DNA of 64,000 nucleotides, taken from positions 48,975-112,974 of the forward strand of contig CBDHCJ010000002.1 in the NCBI GenBank assembly GCA_965261045.1, written 5' to 3'. The notes beneath the pieces were generated by a model. It was given only the letters and a program-made list of their open reading frames with translations. It did not search any database and was not told the DNA's origin. This document shows, piece by piece, positions 32,990 through 44,113 of this stretch. Position 1 is the stretch's first letter. Every line of letters begins with the position of its first letter. Source of the DNA: an uncultured Colwellia sp. Lineage in GTDB: Bacteria; Pseudomonadota; Gammaproteobacteria; Enterobacterales; Alteromonadaceae. Both the position numbers and the translations under genes were made by a program.

Positions 32990-33346
32990 ATGAAAATAAA
33001 TCTTTCTGGTCACCATGTAGAAGTTACTGATTCAATTAGAGAACATATAGAGGAAAAATTTTATAAAGTCGCTAATCACTTTCCAACGTTAATCACCTTA
33101 GACGTTATTATTTCAAAAGAACACAACATGTATCAAGTTGAACTGACGACAAACTATGAAGGTGGGAGAATATCAGCTAAAGGCTCTGATAATGTTATGT
33201 ACCCTGCTATTGCTACTGCGGCTAAAAAATTTGATGCTGCACTGAAACACCGTAAAGGCCAACGAAAAGCACATTTACATGATAAACCAATAAGTACCGC
33301 GCCCAAAATTGCTCATGAAAAAGTACAAGAAATGAATTTGTCATAA
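32990..33346 (+). CDS. raiA: Ribosome-associated inhibitor / hibernation factor
   Basis: MKINLSGHHVEVTDSIREHI...MYPAI. Confidence 0.85.
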   Translation: MKINLSGHHVEVTDSIREHIEEKFYKVANHFPTLITLDVIISKEHNMYQVELTTNYEGGRISAKGSDNVMYPAIATAAKKFDAALKHRKGQRKAHLHDKPISTAPKIAHEKVQEMNLS

Positions 33347-33371
33347 TGGTTAAGACTCCTTAATGCTATTT

Positions 33372-33403
33372 AAAAGCGGTGAATTTTATTCACCGCTTTT
33401 TTT
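33372..33403 (+). terminator. Terminator after raiA
   Basis: aaaagcggtgaat-ttt-attcaccgcttttttt. Confidence 0.85.
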
Positions 33404-33578
33404 ATGTCATCTGCCCCGTCCTGAAGCAGACATTTTGAAGTATCATGGCTATATAATGAAAACAGCAAAAACACTTATCAATAAACTAGGGATAGAAGGT
33501 ATTTGCTGTTATTATGCGCCCATTCACTTTCCCTTGAACGTTTTATATCCTAATTCTGAAAATATAGAGGTATCGATC

Positions 33579-35015
33579 TTGAGTGCATCAATCAATAATG
33601 ATAAGGCGACATTAGCTTTTTCTTCTTTAAACTTACATAAAAGTTTATTGAAAAATTTATCTACGCTTGGCTATCAGGAAATGACACCGATTCAAGCCAT
33701 GAGTTTACCTGAAATGTTAGTAGGCAAAGATGTTATTGCTCAAGGAAAAACTGGCTCGGGTAAAACGGCTGCTTTTGGTTTGGCTTTACTTGAAAAGTTA
33801 CAAGTAAAACGTTTTCGTATTCAGTCTATGGTGTTATGTCCAACGCGTGAACTTGCTGATCAAGTGGCTAAAGAAATACGAAAGCTTGCACGTGCTGTGC
33901 ATAATATTAAGGTATTAACCTTGTGTGGCGGAACACCTTTTGGTCCTCAAATAGGCTCGCTAGAACATGGTGCTCATATTATTGTAGGTACGCCAGGTCG
34001 GATTGAAGAGCATGTTATTAAAGGTACGCTTAAACTAGATGATTTAAACTTGTTAATCCTAGATGAAGCAGATCGTATGTTAGAAATGGGCTTTGAGGCT
34101 GCGCTTGATAATATCATTGAGCGTACCCCTATTGACCGTCAAACGTTGTTATTTAGTGCAACCTTTCCAAAACAAATTCAAGCGATCAGCGAAAGTATTA
34201 TGACTGAGCCAGTGATGGTAAAAGTCAGCGCAAGTGAAGATCAATCTAATATTAATCAGCACTTTTTTCATGTTGAAGATGATACTCAGCGGTTTACAGC
34301 GTTACGTTTATTATTACTCGCTAATCCTGTTGAATCGACTGCTATCTTTTGTAATACCAAAAAAGAAACGCAAGCAGTTTGCAATGCTTTACATGAAGAT
34401 GGCTTTAGTGTTTTAGCTTTACATGGTGATTTAGAGCAAAGAGATAGAGATCAAACACTGTTACGTTTTGCTAACAAAAGTGTGGCAATTTTAGTTGCCA
34501 CTGATGTTGCTGCTCGTGGGTTAGATATAAATGCGCTTGATTTGGTGGTTAATTATCATATTGCCCATGACAGCGAAGTGCATATTCACCGTATTGGTCG
34601 TACTGGTAGAGCAGGTGCTCAAGGTATGGCATTATCCTTATTTAGTGATAAAGAGACTTATAAAGTGGGTTTAATCGAAGATATTCTTGAACAAACGATC
34701 AAGCCAGAGTTATTACCATCTACCAAGGTACTAAAAAATGCTAGGCATCAGGCTAAAATGGCAACAATTCAAATTGATGGCGGTAAAAAACAAAAAGTTC
34801 GTCCTGGTGATATTTTGGGCGCACTAACCGCGAAAAATTCAAATGCAAAAAACACTGGTGCAGACATTAGTGCTCAAGATATTGGGAAAATTAATATTCT
34901 TGATATTAAAGCCTATGTTGCAGTAAATAAAAAAATATTGAAATTAGCATTACGAAAATTAACTAATGGTAAAATGAAAGGTCGTAGTTTTAAAGTGCGC
35001 CATTTAACCGTATAA
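33579..35015 (+). CDS. dbpA: ATP-dependent RNA helicase DbpA
   Basis: GKTGSGKT, DEAD, HRIGRTGR, C-terminal GGKKQKVRPGDILGAL; TTG start at 33579 after gaggt. Confidence 0.95.
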   Translation: MSASINNDKATLAFSSLNLHKSLLKNLSTLGYQEMTPIQAMSLPEMLVGKDVIAQGKTGSGKTAAFGLALLEKLQVKRFRIQSMVLCPTRELADQVAKEIRKLARAVHNIKVLTLCGGTPFGPQIGSLEHGAHIIVGTPGRIEEHVIKGTLKLDDLNLLILDEADRMLEMGFEAALDNIIERTPIDRQTLLFSATFPKQIQAISESIMTEPVMVKVSASEDQSNINQHFFHVEDDTQRFTALRLLLLANPVESTAIFCNTKKETQAVCNALHEDGFSVLALHGDLEQRDRDQTLLRFANKSVAILVATDVAARGLDINALDLVVNYHIAHDSEVHIHRIGRTGRAGAQGMALSLFSDKETYKVGLIEDILEQTIKPELLPSTKVLKNARHQAKMATIQIDGGKKQKVRPGDILGALTAKNSNAKNTGADISAQDIGKINILDIKAYVAVNKKILKLALRKLTNGKMKGRSFKVRHLTV

Positions 35016-35027
35016 ACCAATTTCTAG

Positions 35028-35070
35028 TATACCTAAACCACTTCAAGATGCAGGATCCTGCTGGAATTAG
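35028..35070 (+). mobile_element. ERIC-like MITE terminus (copy C)
   Basis: tatacctaaaccacttcaagatgcagg resembles the TATAC..ACTTCAA start of copies A and B. Confidence 0.45.
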
Positions 35071-35183
35071 ATGATGGGCAATGGCAACCTTTTGTGGTTT
35101 TTTAAGAGAAAAGTAATTATAGCAAGCTTGTTATAAGTTGCGAGTAACGAAAAACATACCGCTATCTTCGCAACTCGCTATTT

Positions 35184-36686
35184 TTATTTCATGCTAATGC
35201 TAGTATGAATTTCAGTACCCTCTTGATGATCAGGTTCAAACCAACGGGTAGTCACTGACTTAGTGTAAGTCCAAAAGCTTATTACTTGTTTACCGTTAGG
35301 TCCTAAGTCACCTAGTTTAGAGCCACGTGAGCCAGTAAAACTGAAATAGGCTACTGGTACAGGAATCGGCACATTAATACCTACTTGACCAACATCAATA
35401 TCATTTTCAAACTTACGTGCAGCCCATCCAGAAGAGGTAAATAAAGAGGTACCATTACCATTTGGATTCCCATTGATTATCTCAATCGCTTCCTCTAATG
35501 TTTCAGCTTCTAATACACACAAGGCAGGACCAAAAATTTCTTGTGTGTAAATATCCATATCAGTTGTTACGTTAGTAAATAACGTTGGCCCGACAAAATT
35601 ACCATTTGGATAACCTTCAACTTGGCAATCTCTGCCATCAACAAGCAAGGTAGCGCCTTGTTCAACGCCTGAATCTAACAGACTAATAATACGAGCTTTA
35701 GCTTGTGGTGATACTACTGGACCTAAGTCAGCATCATGTTGTGTGCCTGGACCAACTTTCATTTGTTTAGCTCGTTCAACAATTTCAGATAACCAGTTGC
35801 GTGCTTCGCCCACTAAAATGGTTACTGGGTTAGCCATACAGCGCTGTCCTGCGGCACCAAAAGCTGAGCCAAGTAAATCATTAATGGCTCTGTCTTTATT
35901 TGCATCAGGCATGATTACCATATGGTTTTTTGCGCCCATCATTGATTGGGCACGTTTGCCATGCTTACTGGCATGATTATAAACGTGTGTACCAACCCCC
36001 GTTGAGCCAATAAAAGAAACTGCTTTTACCGCATCCGCTTCGATTAATTGATTAACTACATCAGCGCCACCATGCACAACGTTTAATACACCAGCAGGAA
36101 TACCTGCTTTTAGTGCTAATTCAACCAGTAGGATGGTTGATGAAGGATCTTGCTCTGATGGTTTTAAAACAAAAGTATTGCCACAAGCGATGGCAGGTGG
36201 AAACATAAATGATGGCAGCATTAATGGAAAGTTGAACGCTGTGATACCAACCCCAACACCGAGTGGTTTATTCAATGTGTAAGTATCTATGCCTGTTGCG
36301 GCATTGTTGGCCATTTCACCCAGTTGTAAACGAGTAATTGAACAAGCATTTTCAATGGCCTCTAATGAACGCCCTACTTCGCCTTCAGCGTCGGGTAGTG
36401 TTTTACCGTGTTCCAAAGTGACTAATTTGGCAAGCTCTTGGCTATGCTCTCTAACTAATTGTTGGAAATTCAACATAATACGCATACGGTTGGTTAGTGA
36501 AACCTTTGACCAAGATTTAAACGCCTCAGCAGCACTAGCTATTGCGGCGGCAACTTCTTCTTTAGTTGCCATAGGTACGCGAGCGACTACTTCTTGAGTA
36601 GCAGGGTTTAAAACATCTAACCAAATATCTGTAGTTGAACGAACTTTTTCACCATTAATGATCAGTGGAATTTCTTTGATTGTCAT
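35184..36686 (-). CDS. mmsA: CoA-acylating methylmalonate-semialdehyde dehydrogenase
   Basis: [30 protein letters not shown]; start at MTIKEIP. Confidence 0.93.
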   Translation of the reverse strand: MTIKEIPLIINGEKVRSTTDIWLDVLNPATQEVVARVPMATKEEVAAAIASAAEAFKSWSKVSLTNRMRIMLNFQQLVREHSQELAKLVTLEHGKTLPDAEGEVGRSLEAIENACSITRLQLGEMANNAATGIDTYTLNKPLGVGVGITAFNFPLMLPSFMFPPAIACGNTFVLKPSEQDPSSTILLVELALKAGIPAGVLNVVHGGADVVNQLIEADAVKAVSFIGSTGVGTHVYNHASKHGKRAQSMMGAKNHMVIMPDANKDRAINDLLGSAFGAAGQRCMANPVTILVGEARNWLSEIVERAKQMKVGPGTQHDADLGPVVSPQAKARIISLLDSGVEQGATLLVDGRDCQVEGYPNGNFVGPTLFTNVTTDMDIYTQEIFGPALCVLEAETLEEAIEIINGNPNGNGTSLFTSSGWAARKFENDIDVGQVGINVPIPVPVAYFSFTGSRGSKLGDLGPNGKQVISFWTYTKSVTTRWFEPDHQEGTEIHTSISMK

Positions 36687-36815
36687 AACAAGCCTTAAAT
36701 AGATGTGAATAGAATTGAGAGTAAAATAGTCTTTTATCAATAATTGAGCAATACGCAAAAAGGCAGCAGGCATTGCACTTTTGCATTTACCTTTGAGTAT
36801 TGTTAATCTCTGAAG

Positions 36816-37718
36816 ATGAATTGGGATGATATTAAATTATTTTTAGAAGTTGCACGCAGCGAGCGTCTATCAATTGCCAGCAAGCGATTAACAATTGATG
36901 CCTCAACTTTGTCACGCCGGCTACACAAACTTGAAGAAAGTTTAGCAACCAAACTTTTTGAGCGTACGGTTGATGGCCATGTCTTAACGTCTGACGGCAC
37001 TAAGTTATTACAATATGCATGCCGTATGGAACTTGATGCCGGACAAGCTTTTGATGTTATTAAAGAGCAAAAAAACTTAAACAGTGGTCGAGTACGTATA
37101 GGAGTAACCGAAGCGTTTGGTAGCTTTTTTATCGCGCCTCATTTAAAACAACTCAAGCAAGCATTCCCTGATATACAAATAGAGTTAGTACATTTTTCCC
37201 GTGATGTAAAAATTAGCCGTAATGAAGCCGACATCGCTATCGCAGTGGAAAAGCCCAAAAGCACTTCTACTATTATTACTAAACTTTGCGATTATCAGTT
37301 GCAGTTATATGGTCATGCGAGTTACCTTGAAAACATTCCCAACGAAGTAGTGTTTAGTCAGTTAACTGATCATCAATGGGTTAGTTATGTCGATAATCTA
37401 TTATTCACCGAGCAATTGTCTTATTTAAAAGAACTTAGCGCTGCGCTGAGAGCAGATATTGTGCCTAGTTTTCAAAGCACCAGTATTACTAGCCAGTATA
37501 GCGCAATAAAAAGTGGCTTAGGAATCGGCATTTTGCCTTGCTTTTTAGCAGAGCAAGATGCTAGCTTAGTTAAACTATGTATTAATGATATTAAATTAGT
37601 GCGTAGCTTTTATCTTGTTACTCATCCAGAAAGTAAACGCTTATCACAGGTGAATACGGTTTGGCAGTACTTGAAGCAATTGGCACAAGAAAAAACTCAC
37701 TTACTCATGCCTAAATAA
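36816..37718 (+). CDS. LysR-family regulator divergent from mmsA
   Basis: [14 protein letters not shown]...[14 protein letters not shown]. Confidence 0.92.
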   Translation: MNWDDIKLFLEVARSERLSIASKRLTIDASTLSRRLHKLEESLATKLFERTVDGHVLTSDGTKLLQYACRMELDAGQAFDVIKEQKNLNSGRVRIGVTEAFGSFFIAPHLKQLKQAFPDIQIELVHFSRDVKISRNEADIAIAVEKPKSTSTIITKLCDYQLQLYGHASYLENIPNEVVFSQLTDHQWVSYVDNLLFTEQLSYLKELSAALRADIVPSFQSTSITSQYSAIKSGLGIGILPCFLAEQDASLVKLCINDIKLVRSFYLVTHPESKRLSQVNTVWQYLKQLAQEKTHLLMPK

Positions 37719-37762
37719 TTATAAGCATGAATAATTATAAGCATGAATAATTATAAGCATGA
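37715..37762. repeat. 16-bp tandem repeat x3 (ataattataagcatga)
   Basis: Three exact copies at the LysR stop. Confidence 0.95.
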
Positions 37763-37788
37763 ATAAAATTTAAAATATATAGGTAAAC

Positions 37789-38742
37789 ATGGATAGCTCA
37801 AATCAATCATTAGAAAAAAGCGATCAGGTAACTCAAAATAAAGCGTCATGGTCATTAATAATCTTTATTATTTTAGTGATTATTACTATCGGTATAGCAT
37901 GGCAATTTACTGGCGATAAGACTGAGCAAGTTGTTGCTGAGAAGTCGATCCCTGTAGTTGAAGCAATACCTGAAAAAGTGGACGAACTACCTGAGCCGAT
38001 AATTGAAATACCTGAAGTTACTATTACTGAAGAGATCATTGAAGAGGTCATTGAGCCAGTTGTAAATCCCTTACCTTTATTAGATGATAGTGATGATTGG
38101 TTAAAGATAAAATTACCTGAAATTACTTGGCGTAAAGAGTTACTTACACTTATCGTTGATGAAGATATGATCAGGCGGTTTGTCGTTTTTACCGATAACT
38201 TTGCTCAAGGAATTATTGCTTATGAGCATAGCCCTTTTATCTTACCAAAAGTGAAGTTTGCACCTAAAATTGATAGTATTAATTTTCAAAGCCTTGTTCA
38301 AAAGCAAGATCAAAGAACAACGTCTTCACAACACGCTTCTCAAGTAAAGCAAAATGTCTGGCAATGGGATATAAATTCAAGCCAACGCTTTAGCTTATAT
38401 GTCGATTTATTACGGTCAATAGACAGTGAAAGCTTGGTTCAATGGTATATAGAAATTAAACCCCTAATTGATGAAGCATATAGCGAGCTAGGTTATGATG
38501 ATGACTTTACTAACACCTTGCATGATGCCATAACCCGTGTTTTAGATATGGAATTACCCAAAACATCTATGGCATTAATACAGCCAAGTGTTATGTATAA
38601 ATTTGCCGATCCTGAACTTGAATCCTTACCAGATACCGATAAGTTATTACTTCGTTTAGGAAAAGGTAACCTGTTAGTGATAAAGTCTGCTTTGTTAGAG
38701 CTACATGAGAAATTAGCTCAGCAAGAAAATGGCGTTCGTTAA
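37789..38742 (+). CDS. DUF3014-like membrane-anchored protein
   Basis: N-terminal TM, Glu/Pro linker, LDDSD...IRRFVVFTDN...YKFADPELE...KLLLRLG. Confidence 0.8.
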   Translation: MDSSNQSLEKSDQVTQNKASWSLIIFIILVIITIGIAWQFTGDKTEQVVAEKSIPVVEAIPEKVDELPEPIIEIPEVTITEEIIEEVIEPVVNPLPLLDDSDDWLKIKLPEITWRKELLTLIVDEDMIRRFVVFTDNFAQGIIAYEHSPFILPKVKFAPKIDSINFQSLVQKQDQRTTSSQHASQVKQNVWQWDINSSQRFSLYVDLLRSIDSESLVQWYIEIKPLIDEAYSELGYDDDFTNTLHDAITRVLDMELPKTSMALIQPSVMYKFADPELESLPDTDKLLLRLGKGNLLVIKSALLELHEKLAQQENGVR

Positions 38743-38962
38743 TGGCATTTTACCTTGGTACTAACTTAGGATAATTAAGTAAGGCTTAAAGCAAATTTCA
38801 CGAAAATTAGAGCAAAAAATATTCAAGCAGTGTAGCACTATTAGAAAATAGCCAACTAGTGCTTGCATCCTAACGTTTGATTAGCGATAATTCGCGCCGC
38901 TAACCAATATATAGATTTATAATATATAGATTTATAAAATTTTGGTTCGCTCATTTCATTAT

Positions 38963-39075
38963 GGTGGCCTTTTCGGTCCCTTCGCAATGATACTCTGTGA
39001 ACTCGGCCAGATCTGGAAGGAAGCAACCGCAGCAGACGACTCATGTGCCGAAGTGTGGCTGGTTAGGTCGCCACC
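38963..39075 (+). ncRNA. ffs: Signal recognition particle RNA (4.5S)
   Basis: ggtggcc...gccacc terminal pairing; GGCCAGATCT-GGAA-GGAAGCAACC helix-8 core; GTGCCG distal motif. Confidence 0.88.
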
Positions 39076-39264
39076 CAATCTTGTTAAACCTATTGACGAA
39101 AATCTTTTGTCGTTGCAAAATCTCCATCTTACTTGTGCTTGCTATTTAACCACTATAGACTAACTTTAAGATATAAAACTAACTTTAAAATATAAAATTG
39201 GCTTAATTCTCTGACCTATAATCATAAAATCATGATTATAGTTACATTATAAGGTAGGTATATT

Positions 39265-39897
39265 ATGGAATTCATCGATATTATAAATATGTTAGCCCGT
39301 TGGGGGCATTTGCTCTTCGGTATAACTTGGATTGGCTTGCTATATTATTTCAATTTTATTCAAGGAGGGTATTTTAAGTCAGCAACACCAGAGGGTTTAG
39401 CGGATGGTAAAGCGAAATTAGCGCCAGCTGCTCTTTGGTGGTTTCGTTGGGGGGCAATGTTTACTTTATTAACTGGATTAGTGCTGTTAGTAAGTGTTCA
39501 CCATATGAATGTGATGAATGATTATATCATCGTCGGAGCAACAATGGGCAGCTTGATGTTCTTAAATGTCTGGTTAATTATTTGGCCTAATCAAAAAATT
39601 GCACTCGGCATGATTGAAGGTGATGCCCCAACGGCAGGAGCTAAAGCTTTGCTGGCATCGCGTACTAATACTTTATTTTCCGCACCTATGGCATTTTGCA
39701 TGATGGCAGGACCTCATTTTGCTGGTTATGGTATGGGGACTGGCTCAACTGCAATGTGGTTAGCGTTGGCAATTGTTGCCGCATTAGAAGTTAATGGCTT
39801 AATTGGTAAACAAGGACCAATGACAACAGTTCGTGGTGTAATAATAAGTAGCTTAGTTTTAACCGTGATAATTGTTGGCATCCTTAATCAAATGTAA
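39265..39897 (+). CDS. puuD: Urate hydroxylase PuuD-like membrane protein
   Basis: RWGHLLFGITWIGLLYYFNF, WWFRWGA, NVWLIIWPNQK, SRTNTLFS.PM. Confidence 0.85.
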   Translation: MEFIDIINMLARWGHLLFGITWIGLLYYFNFIQGGYFKSATPEGLADGKAKLAPAALWWFRWGAMFTLLTGLVLLVSVHHMNVMNDYIIVGATMGSLMFLNVWLIIWPNQKIALGMIEGDAPTAGAKALLASRTNTLFSAPMAFCMMAGPHFAGYGMGTGSTAMWLALAIVAALEVNGLIGKQGPMTTVRGVIISSLVLTVIIVGILNQM

Positions 39898-39971
39898 CTT
39901 TATTCTTGCTCCGTAGCGTTGACAATTATCTAGCTAAAAACTCACAGTGATGCTTTCTGAGGAGCAAAGAT

Positions 39972-41381
39972 ATGTCAAGTTATCGATTCGAAAGTGACTC
40001 ATTTGGCTCATTGGAAATTCCCGCCGCTAAATATTATGGCGCTCAAACGGCACGTTCATTAATTAACTTTCCGATAGGAGAGGAAACCATGCCTAAGCCT
40101 TTAATTAGAGCATTAGGCATAGTTAAATGTTGTGCAGCACAAGTGAATATCGATTTGGGGATGCTGAAACCAACCCTTGGTCAAGTAATCATCCAGGCAG
40201 CTGATGAGGTCATCAACGGTAAACTTGATGACCATTTTCCGTTGACGGTATGGCAAACGGGCTCTGGCACACAAAGTAATATGAACTGTAATGAAGTCAT
40301 TGCTAACCGTGCTATTGAAATACTCAAAGGGACTATCGGCAGCAAAATTCCAGTTCATCCAAACGATCATTGCAATATGAGCCAGTCATCTAATGATACC
40401 TTTCCTACCGCGATGCATATCGCTGCGGTTGAACAAATCACCCAGAGTTTAATACCAGCATTACAATATTTGCGGGATGAGTTGTTAGTAAAATCTAATG
40501 CTTTTAATCATTTGGTTAAAATAGGTAGAACTCATTTACAAGATGCAACTCCCTTGACATTAGGTCAAGAATTTTCGGGTTATGTTGCACAGATGGATAA
40601 TGCTATTCGTCGCGCTGAAGGAAGTTTACCCGCTCTGTATCAGTTGGCTCAAGGCGGTACCGCAGTAGGTACAGGGCTTAACACCATTACTTCTTTTGAT
40701 GTCAAATTTGCTCAACAAGTGGCCAAAAGAATAAAACTTCCCTTTAAAACCGCAACAAATAAATTTGAGGCAATAGCGGCTCATGATGCGATTGTTGAGG
40801 CAAGTGGTGCTTTAAATACCATTGCCGTTAGTTTAATGAAAATTGCTAACGATATCCGTATGCTAGGATCAGGGCCAAGGTGTGGCATTGGCGAAATTAG
40901 TCTGCCAGAAAATGAGCCCGGTTCGTCAATTATGCCAAGTAAAGTAAATCCGACACAATGTGAAGCTTTAACTATGATTGCAACTCAGGTGATGGGCAAT
41001 AATCTAACAATTTCGATTGCTGGTTCAAATGGTCATTTTGAGCTTAATGTTTTTAAACCTGTGATGATTTATAACCTATTGCAGTCGATCCGCTTGCTTG
41101 GTGATGGTTGTCAAAGTTTTACCACCAGATGTGTGGTTGGTATCACTGCTAATGAAGAACGCATCATTCAATTACGGGATGAATCATTAATGCTAGTTAC
41201 CGCACTGAATCCTCATATCGGTTATGACAATGCCGCCAAAATTGCTAAAAAGGCGCATCAGGATGGTTCGACATTGTTAGCTGCTGGCTTAGCACTTAAG
41301 TTGTTTACTACAGAACAGTTCAAGGCATGGCTTGTACCACAAAACATGACAGCACCAAAAAAAAACCTTTCAAGCCTTTGA
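39972..41381 (+). CDS. fumC: Class II fumarate hydratase
   Basis: [45 protein letters not shown]. Confidence 0.96.
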   Translation: MSSYRFESDSFGSLEIPAAKYYGAQTARSLINFPIGEETMPKPLIRALGIVKCCAAQVNIDLGMLKPTLGQVIIQAADEVINGKLDDHFPLTVWQTGSGTQSNMNCNEVIANRAIEILKGTIGSKIPVHPNDHCNMSQSSNDTFPTAMHIAAVEQITQSLIPALQYLRDELLVKSNAFNHLVKIGRTHLQDATPLTLGQEFSGYVAQMDNAIRRAEGSLPALYQLAQGGTAVGTGLNTITSFDVKFAQQVAKRIKLPFKTATNKFEAIAAHDAIVEASGALNTIAVSLMKIANDIRMLGSGPRCGIGEISLPENEPGSSIMPSKVNPTQCEALTMIATQVMGNNLTISIAGSNGHFELNVFKPVMIYNLLQSIRLLGDGCQSFTTRCVVGITANEERIIQLRDESLMLVTALNPHIGYDNAAKIAKKAHQDGSTLLAAGLALKLFTTEQFKAWLVPQNMTAPKKNLSSL

Positions 41382-41473
41382 CCATTTAGGGAAAGTGTTT
41401 TAGCAGTTTAGATGCTAGGCTTCCCCAGTTACGGCACTGGCTCCCTGTTAGCTTTTTACTAAATAATCCAGCC

Positions 41474-41503
41474 ACAATCACAACCACAACCACAATCACA
41501 ATC
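41474..41503. repeat. Hexamer microsatellite (cacaa[t/c]) x5
   Basis: cacaatcacaaccacaaccacaatcacaat between convergent fumC and rnr. Confidence 0.75.
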
Positions 41504-41583
41504 TGACTAAATTTCATTATAGCGAGCGGGCTTTGTGCTATTTGATTTTTTCGCGTGACTTATCCCTGTCTGTTAAATTTATA

Positions 41584-43941
41584 TTACTTCTCTTTTTTAC
41601 GAGCGTTTTTACCTGGGCGTTTTTTGCGTTCACTACGCTTTTTCCCTTTGCTTTTTTCTTCTTTAAGCTGGGAAATTTTATTTTGTGGTGACTTCTTAGG
41701 CTTTTTATTTGCCGTTTGTGGTTTATCATCACCAACAGATTGCATGGCAAGGTCTATTTTCTTTTCATCTAAATTTACCGCCGCAACTTGCACTGTAACC
41801 ACGTCACCAACATGATATTTAACGCCACTATTTTCCCCCGTTAAGCACATGCGTACATCATCATAATGGTAATAATCACGTCCAAGAGAAGTAATATGCA
41901 CTAAGCCTTCGATATGTAGATCCTGCAAACGAACAAAGATGCCAAAATTAGTCACGGTACTGATAACACCCGTAAAGTCATCACCAACATGATCTTGCAT
42001 GAATTCACATTTTAACCAGTCGCTAACATCACGAGTCGCTTCATCAGCACGACGCTCTGTCATAGAACAATGCTCACCTAGCTCAATAACTTCTTCAAGT
42101 TTATAATCGTACAAACCCGCATTAGCTGCTATATCTTCATTTGAGTTATTCTGCTGTCTAAGAATATTTTTGATCACTCGGTGTACCACAAGATCAGGGT
42201 AGCGACGAATAGGTGAAGTAAAATGGCTATATGATTGTAGTGCTAAACCAAAATGCCCTAGGTTATCGCTTTGATAAACCGCTTGACGCATTGAGCGCAA
42301 TAACATAGTTTGAATGAGTTCTTGATCGGGACGATTAGCCACTTTAGCTAAAATATCGCAATAATCTCTCGGCTCTGGCTCTTCTCTTTTCGGCAATGAA
42401 ATACCGAGCTCAGCCAAATAACTAACAAAATTATTATATTTATCTTCACTTGGCTTATCGTGTACACGAAATAATCCTGGCTTTTTATGCTTCTCAATAA
42501 ACTTTGCCGTGGCAACATTGGCTAAAACCATACATTCTTCGATGATTTTATGGGCGTCATTACGAATAAGCGGTACGATACTTTCTATTTTTTTATCATC
42601 ATTAAAAAGGAATAACGATTCTTCAGTTTCAAAGGCAATAGCACCACGCTTATTACGGGCATCACTTAATGCCAAATACATCTCTTTAAGGTTTTCTAAG
42701 TCAGGAACTAATGTTTGATATTCAAGCCTTAACGCCTCATTACCATCAAGTATTTGAGCTACTTTACTATAAGTAAATCGCGCATGTGAGCGCATTACTG
42801 CTGGATAAAATTTACTGCCCGAAAGTTTACCGCCAGCGCTGATAGTCATCTCACACACCATACAAAGGCGATCTACATTAGGGTTTAACGAACATAAACC
42901 GTTGGAAAGTTTTTCTGGTAGCATTGGAATGACTTGGCTAGGAAAGTAAACAGAGTTACCGCGAGAAATGGCTTCATCATCAAGCGCGCTACCATGGCGA
43001 ACATAATAGCTAACATCCGCAATAGCAACCCACAAGCACCAGCCACCTGATTTTTTTGGTTGACAGTAAACCGCATCATCAAAATCACGGGCATCTTCAC
43101 CATCAATAGTTACCAGAGGTAAAGCTCTAAGGTCTTTACGAGGTAATTTTGCAAACTCTTCAACTTCATCACTAATGCTAGCAGCTTCCGCTTGAACATC
43201 ATGAGAAAATTGATGAGGTAAATCATGGGCTCGTAAAGCAATTTCAATTTCCATACCTGGTGCCATGTGCTCACCTAAAACCTCAACCACATGACCAATG
43301 GCATGCGAACGTTTAGTTGGCCTTTGCACTAGATCGACTACCACCATTTGACCATGACGAGCACCTAATTTTTCTTTAGGGTCAATTAAAATTTCTTGTT
43401 TTATTTTAGTGTCTTCTGGCACGACAGAGCAAACATGATGATCAACATAAAAACGTCCTACAATGGGCGCTTTTCTAGGCTCAATCACTGCTAATATTTT
43501 AACTTCTTTACGATCTTTTCTATCGGTACGATCAATCAAAATAGCTTGTACAATATCACCATGAAATACTCGCTGCATTTCATAAGAAGAAATATAAAAA
43601 TCTTTACCACGTTTGTCTTTCTGAGCTGGATCATTGGGAGCAAAAAAACCAAAGCCATCTCTATGTCCAATAACGTTTCCTGTTAATAAACTGCTTTTTT
43701 CTGGTATAGCATATTGTTTGAATTTATTGAAAATCAACTGCCCACTATTTTCCATCGCACGTAAACGGCGTTTCAAACCAACAAGCAAATGATCTTCTTG
43801 ATATTTTAATGTTTTAGCTAAGGTGTTAAATGTTGGCGGGGGTGAGCATTTCTCAATAATAGAGAGTAATAGCTCACGGGAAGCTACAGGCTTTTCATAT
43901 TTTTTCGCTTCACGTTTGGCGTGGGGATCTTTAAAAGTCAC
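41584..43941 (-). CDS. rnr: Ribonuclease R
   Basis: GHRDGFGF, TIDGEDARDFDDA, YSHFTSPIRRYPDL, S1 domain, basic tail. Confidence 0.98.
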   Translation of the reverse strand: MTFKDPHAKREAKKYEKPVASRELLLSIIEKCSPPPTFNTLAKTLKYQEDHLLVGLKRRLRAMENSGQLIFNKFKQYAIPEKSSLLTGNVIGHRDGFGFFAPNDPAQKDKRGKDFYISSYEMQRVFHGDIVQAILIDRTDRKDRKEVKILAVIEPRKAPIVGRFYVDHHVCSVVPEDTKIKQEILIDPKEKLGARHGQMVVVDLVQRPTKRSHAIGHVVEVLGEHMAPGMEIEIALRAHDLPHQFSHDVQAEAASISDEVEEFAKLPRKDLRALPLVTIDGEDARDFDDAVYCQPKKSGGWCLWVAIADVSYYVRHGSALDDEAISRGNSVYFPSQVIPMLPEKLSNGLCSLNPNVDRLCMVCEMTISAGGKLSGSKFYPAVMRSHARFTYSKVAQILDGNEALRLEYQTLVPDLENLKEMYLALSDARNKRGAIAFETEESLFLFNDDKKIESIVPLIRNDAHKIIEECMVLANVATAKFIEKHKKPGLFRVHDKPSEDKYNNFVSYLAELGISLPKREEPEPRDYCDILAKVANRPDQELIQTMLLRSMRQAVYQSDNLGHFGLALQSYSHFTSPIRRYPDLVVHRVIKNILRQQNNSNEDIAANAGLYDYKLEEVIELGEHCSMTERRADEATRDVSDWLKCEFMQDHVGDDFTGVISTVTNFGIFVRLQDLHIEGLVHITSLGRDYYHYDDVRMCLTGENSGVKYHVGDVVTVQVAAVNLDEKKIDLAMQSVGDDKPQTANKKPKKSPQNKISQLKEEKSKGKKRSERKKRPGKNARKKEK

Positions 43942-44023
43942 AATAATTAGATGTTTTTTAATAGTTTAATTGCCTTGCAGTATATCATAAACCCTCACTT
44001 AGTGATTGTTAACTCGATACTAA

Positions 44024-44067
44024 TAGCAGGAGACCTTTGCAAAGCTCTTTGCAAAGGTCTCCTGCTA
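44024..44067. terminator. 44-bp near-perfect palindrome downstream of the autotransporter
   Basis: tagcaggagacctttgcaaag-ct-ctttgcaaaggtctcctgcta (21-bp arms). Confidence 0.6.
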
Positions 44068-44113
44068 TATGCCATCAGTGGTGCAGCTAGCTCCCTCTTC
44101 TTCCAAAAAAGCA

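Noticed and set aside
33363-33578. 72-aa N-terminal extension of DbpA in the ORF track
   Set aside because: Spans the raiA terminator; a better RBS and TTG start lie at 33579. Similar over-long starts were trimmed for malR, MFS, glk, GH13, mmsA and raiA.
38856-39163. 62-aa and 73-aa ORFs
   Set aside because: Both overlap the SRP RNA gene; no protein features.
40915-40955. FumC signature reads [11 protein letters not shown] instead of the usual GSSIMPGKVNP
   Set aside because: The position is an x in the superfamily motif SSxMPxKxN and all other motifs are intact; not enough to call inactivation.
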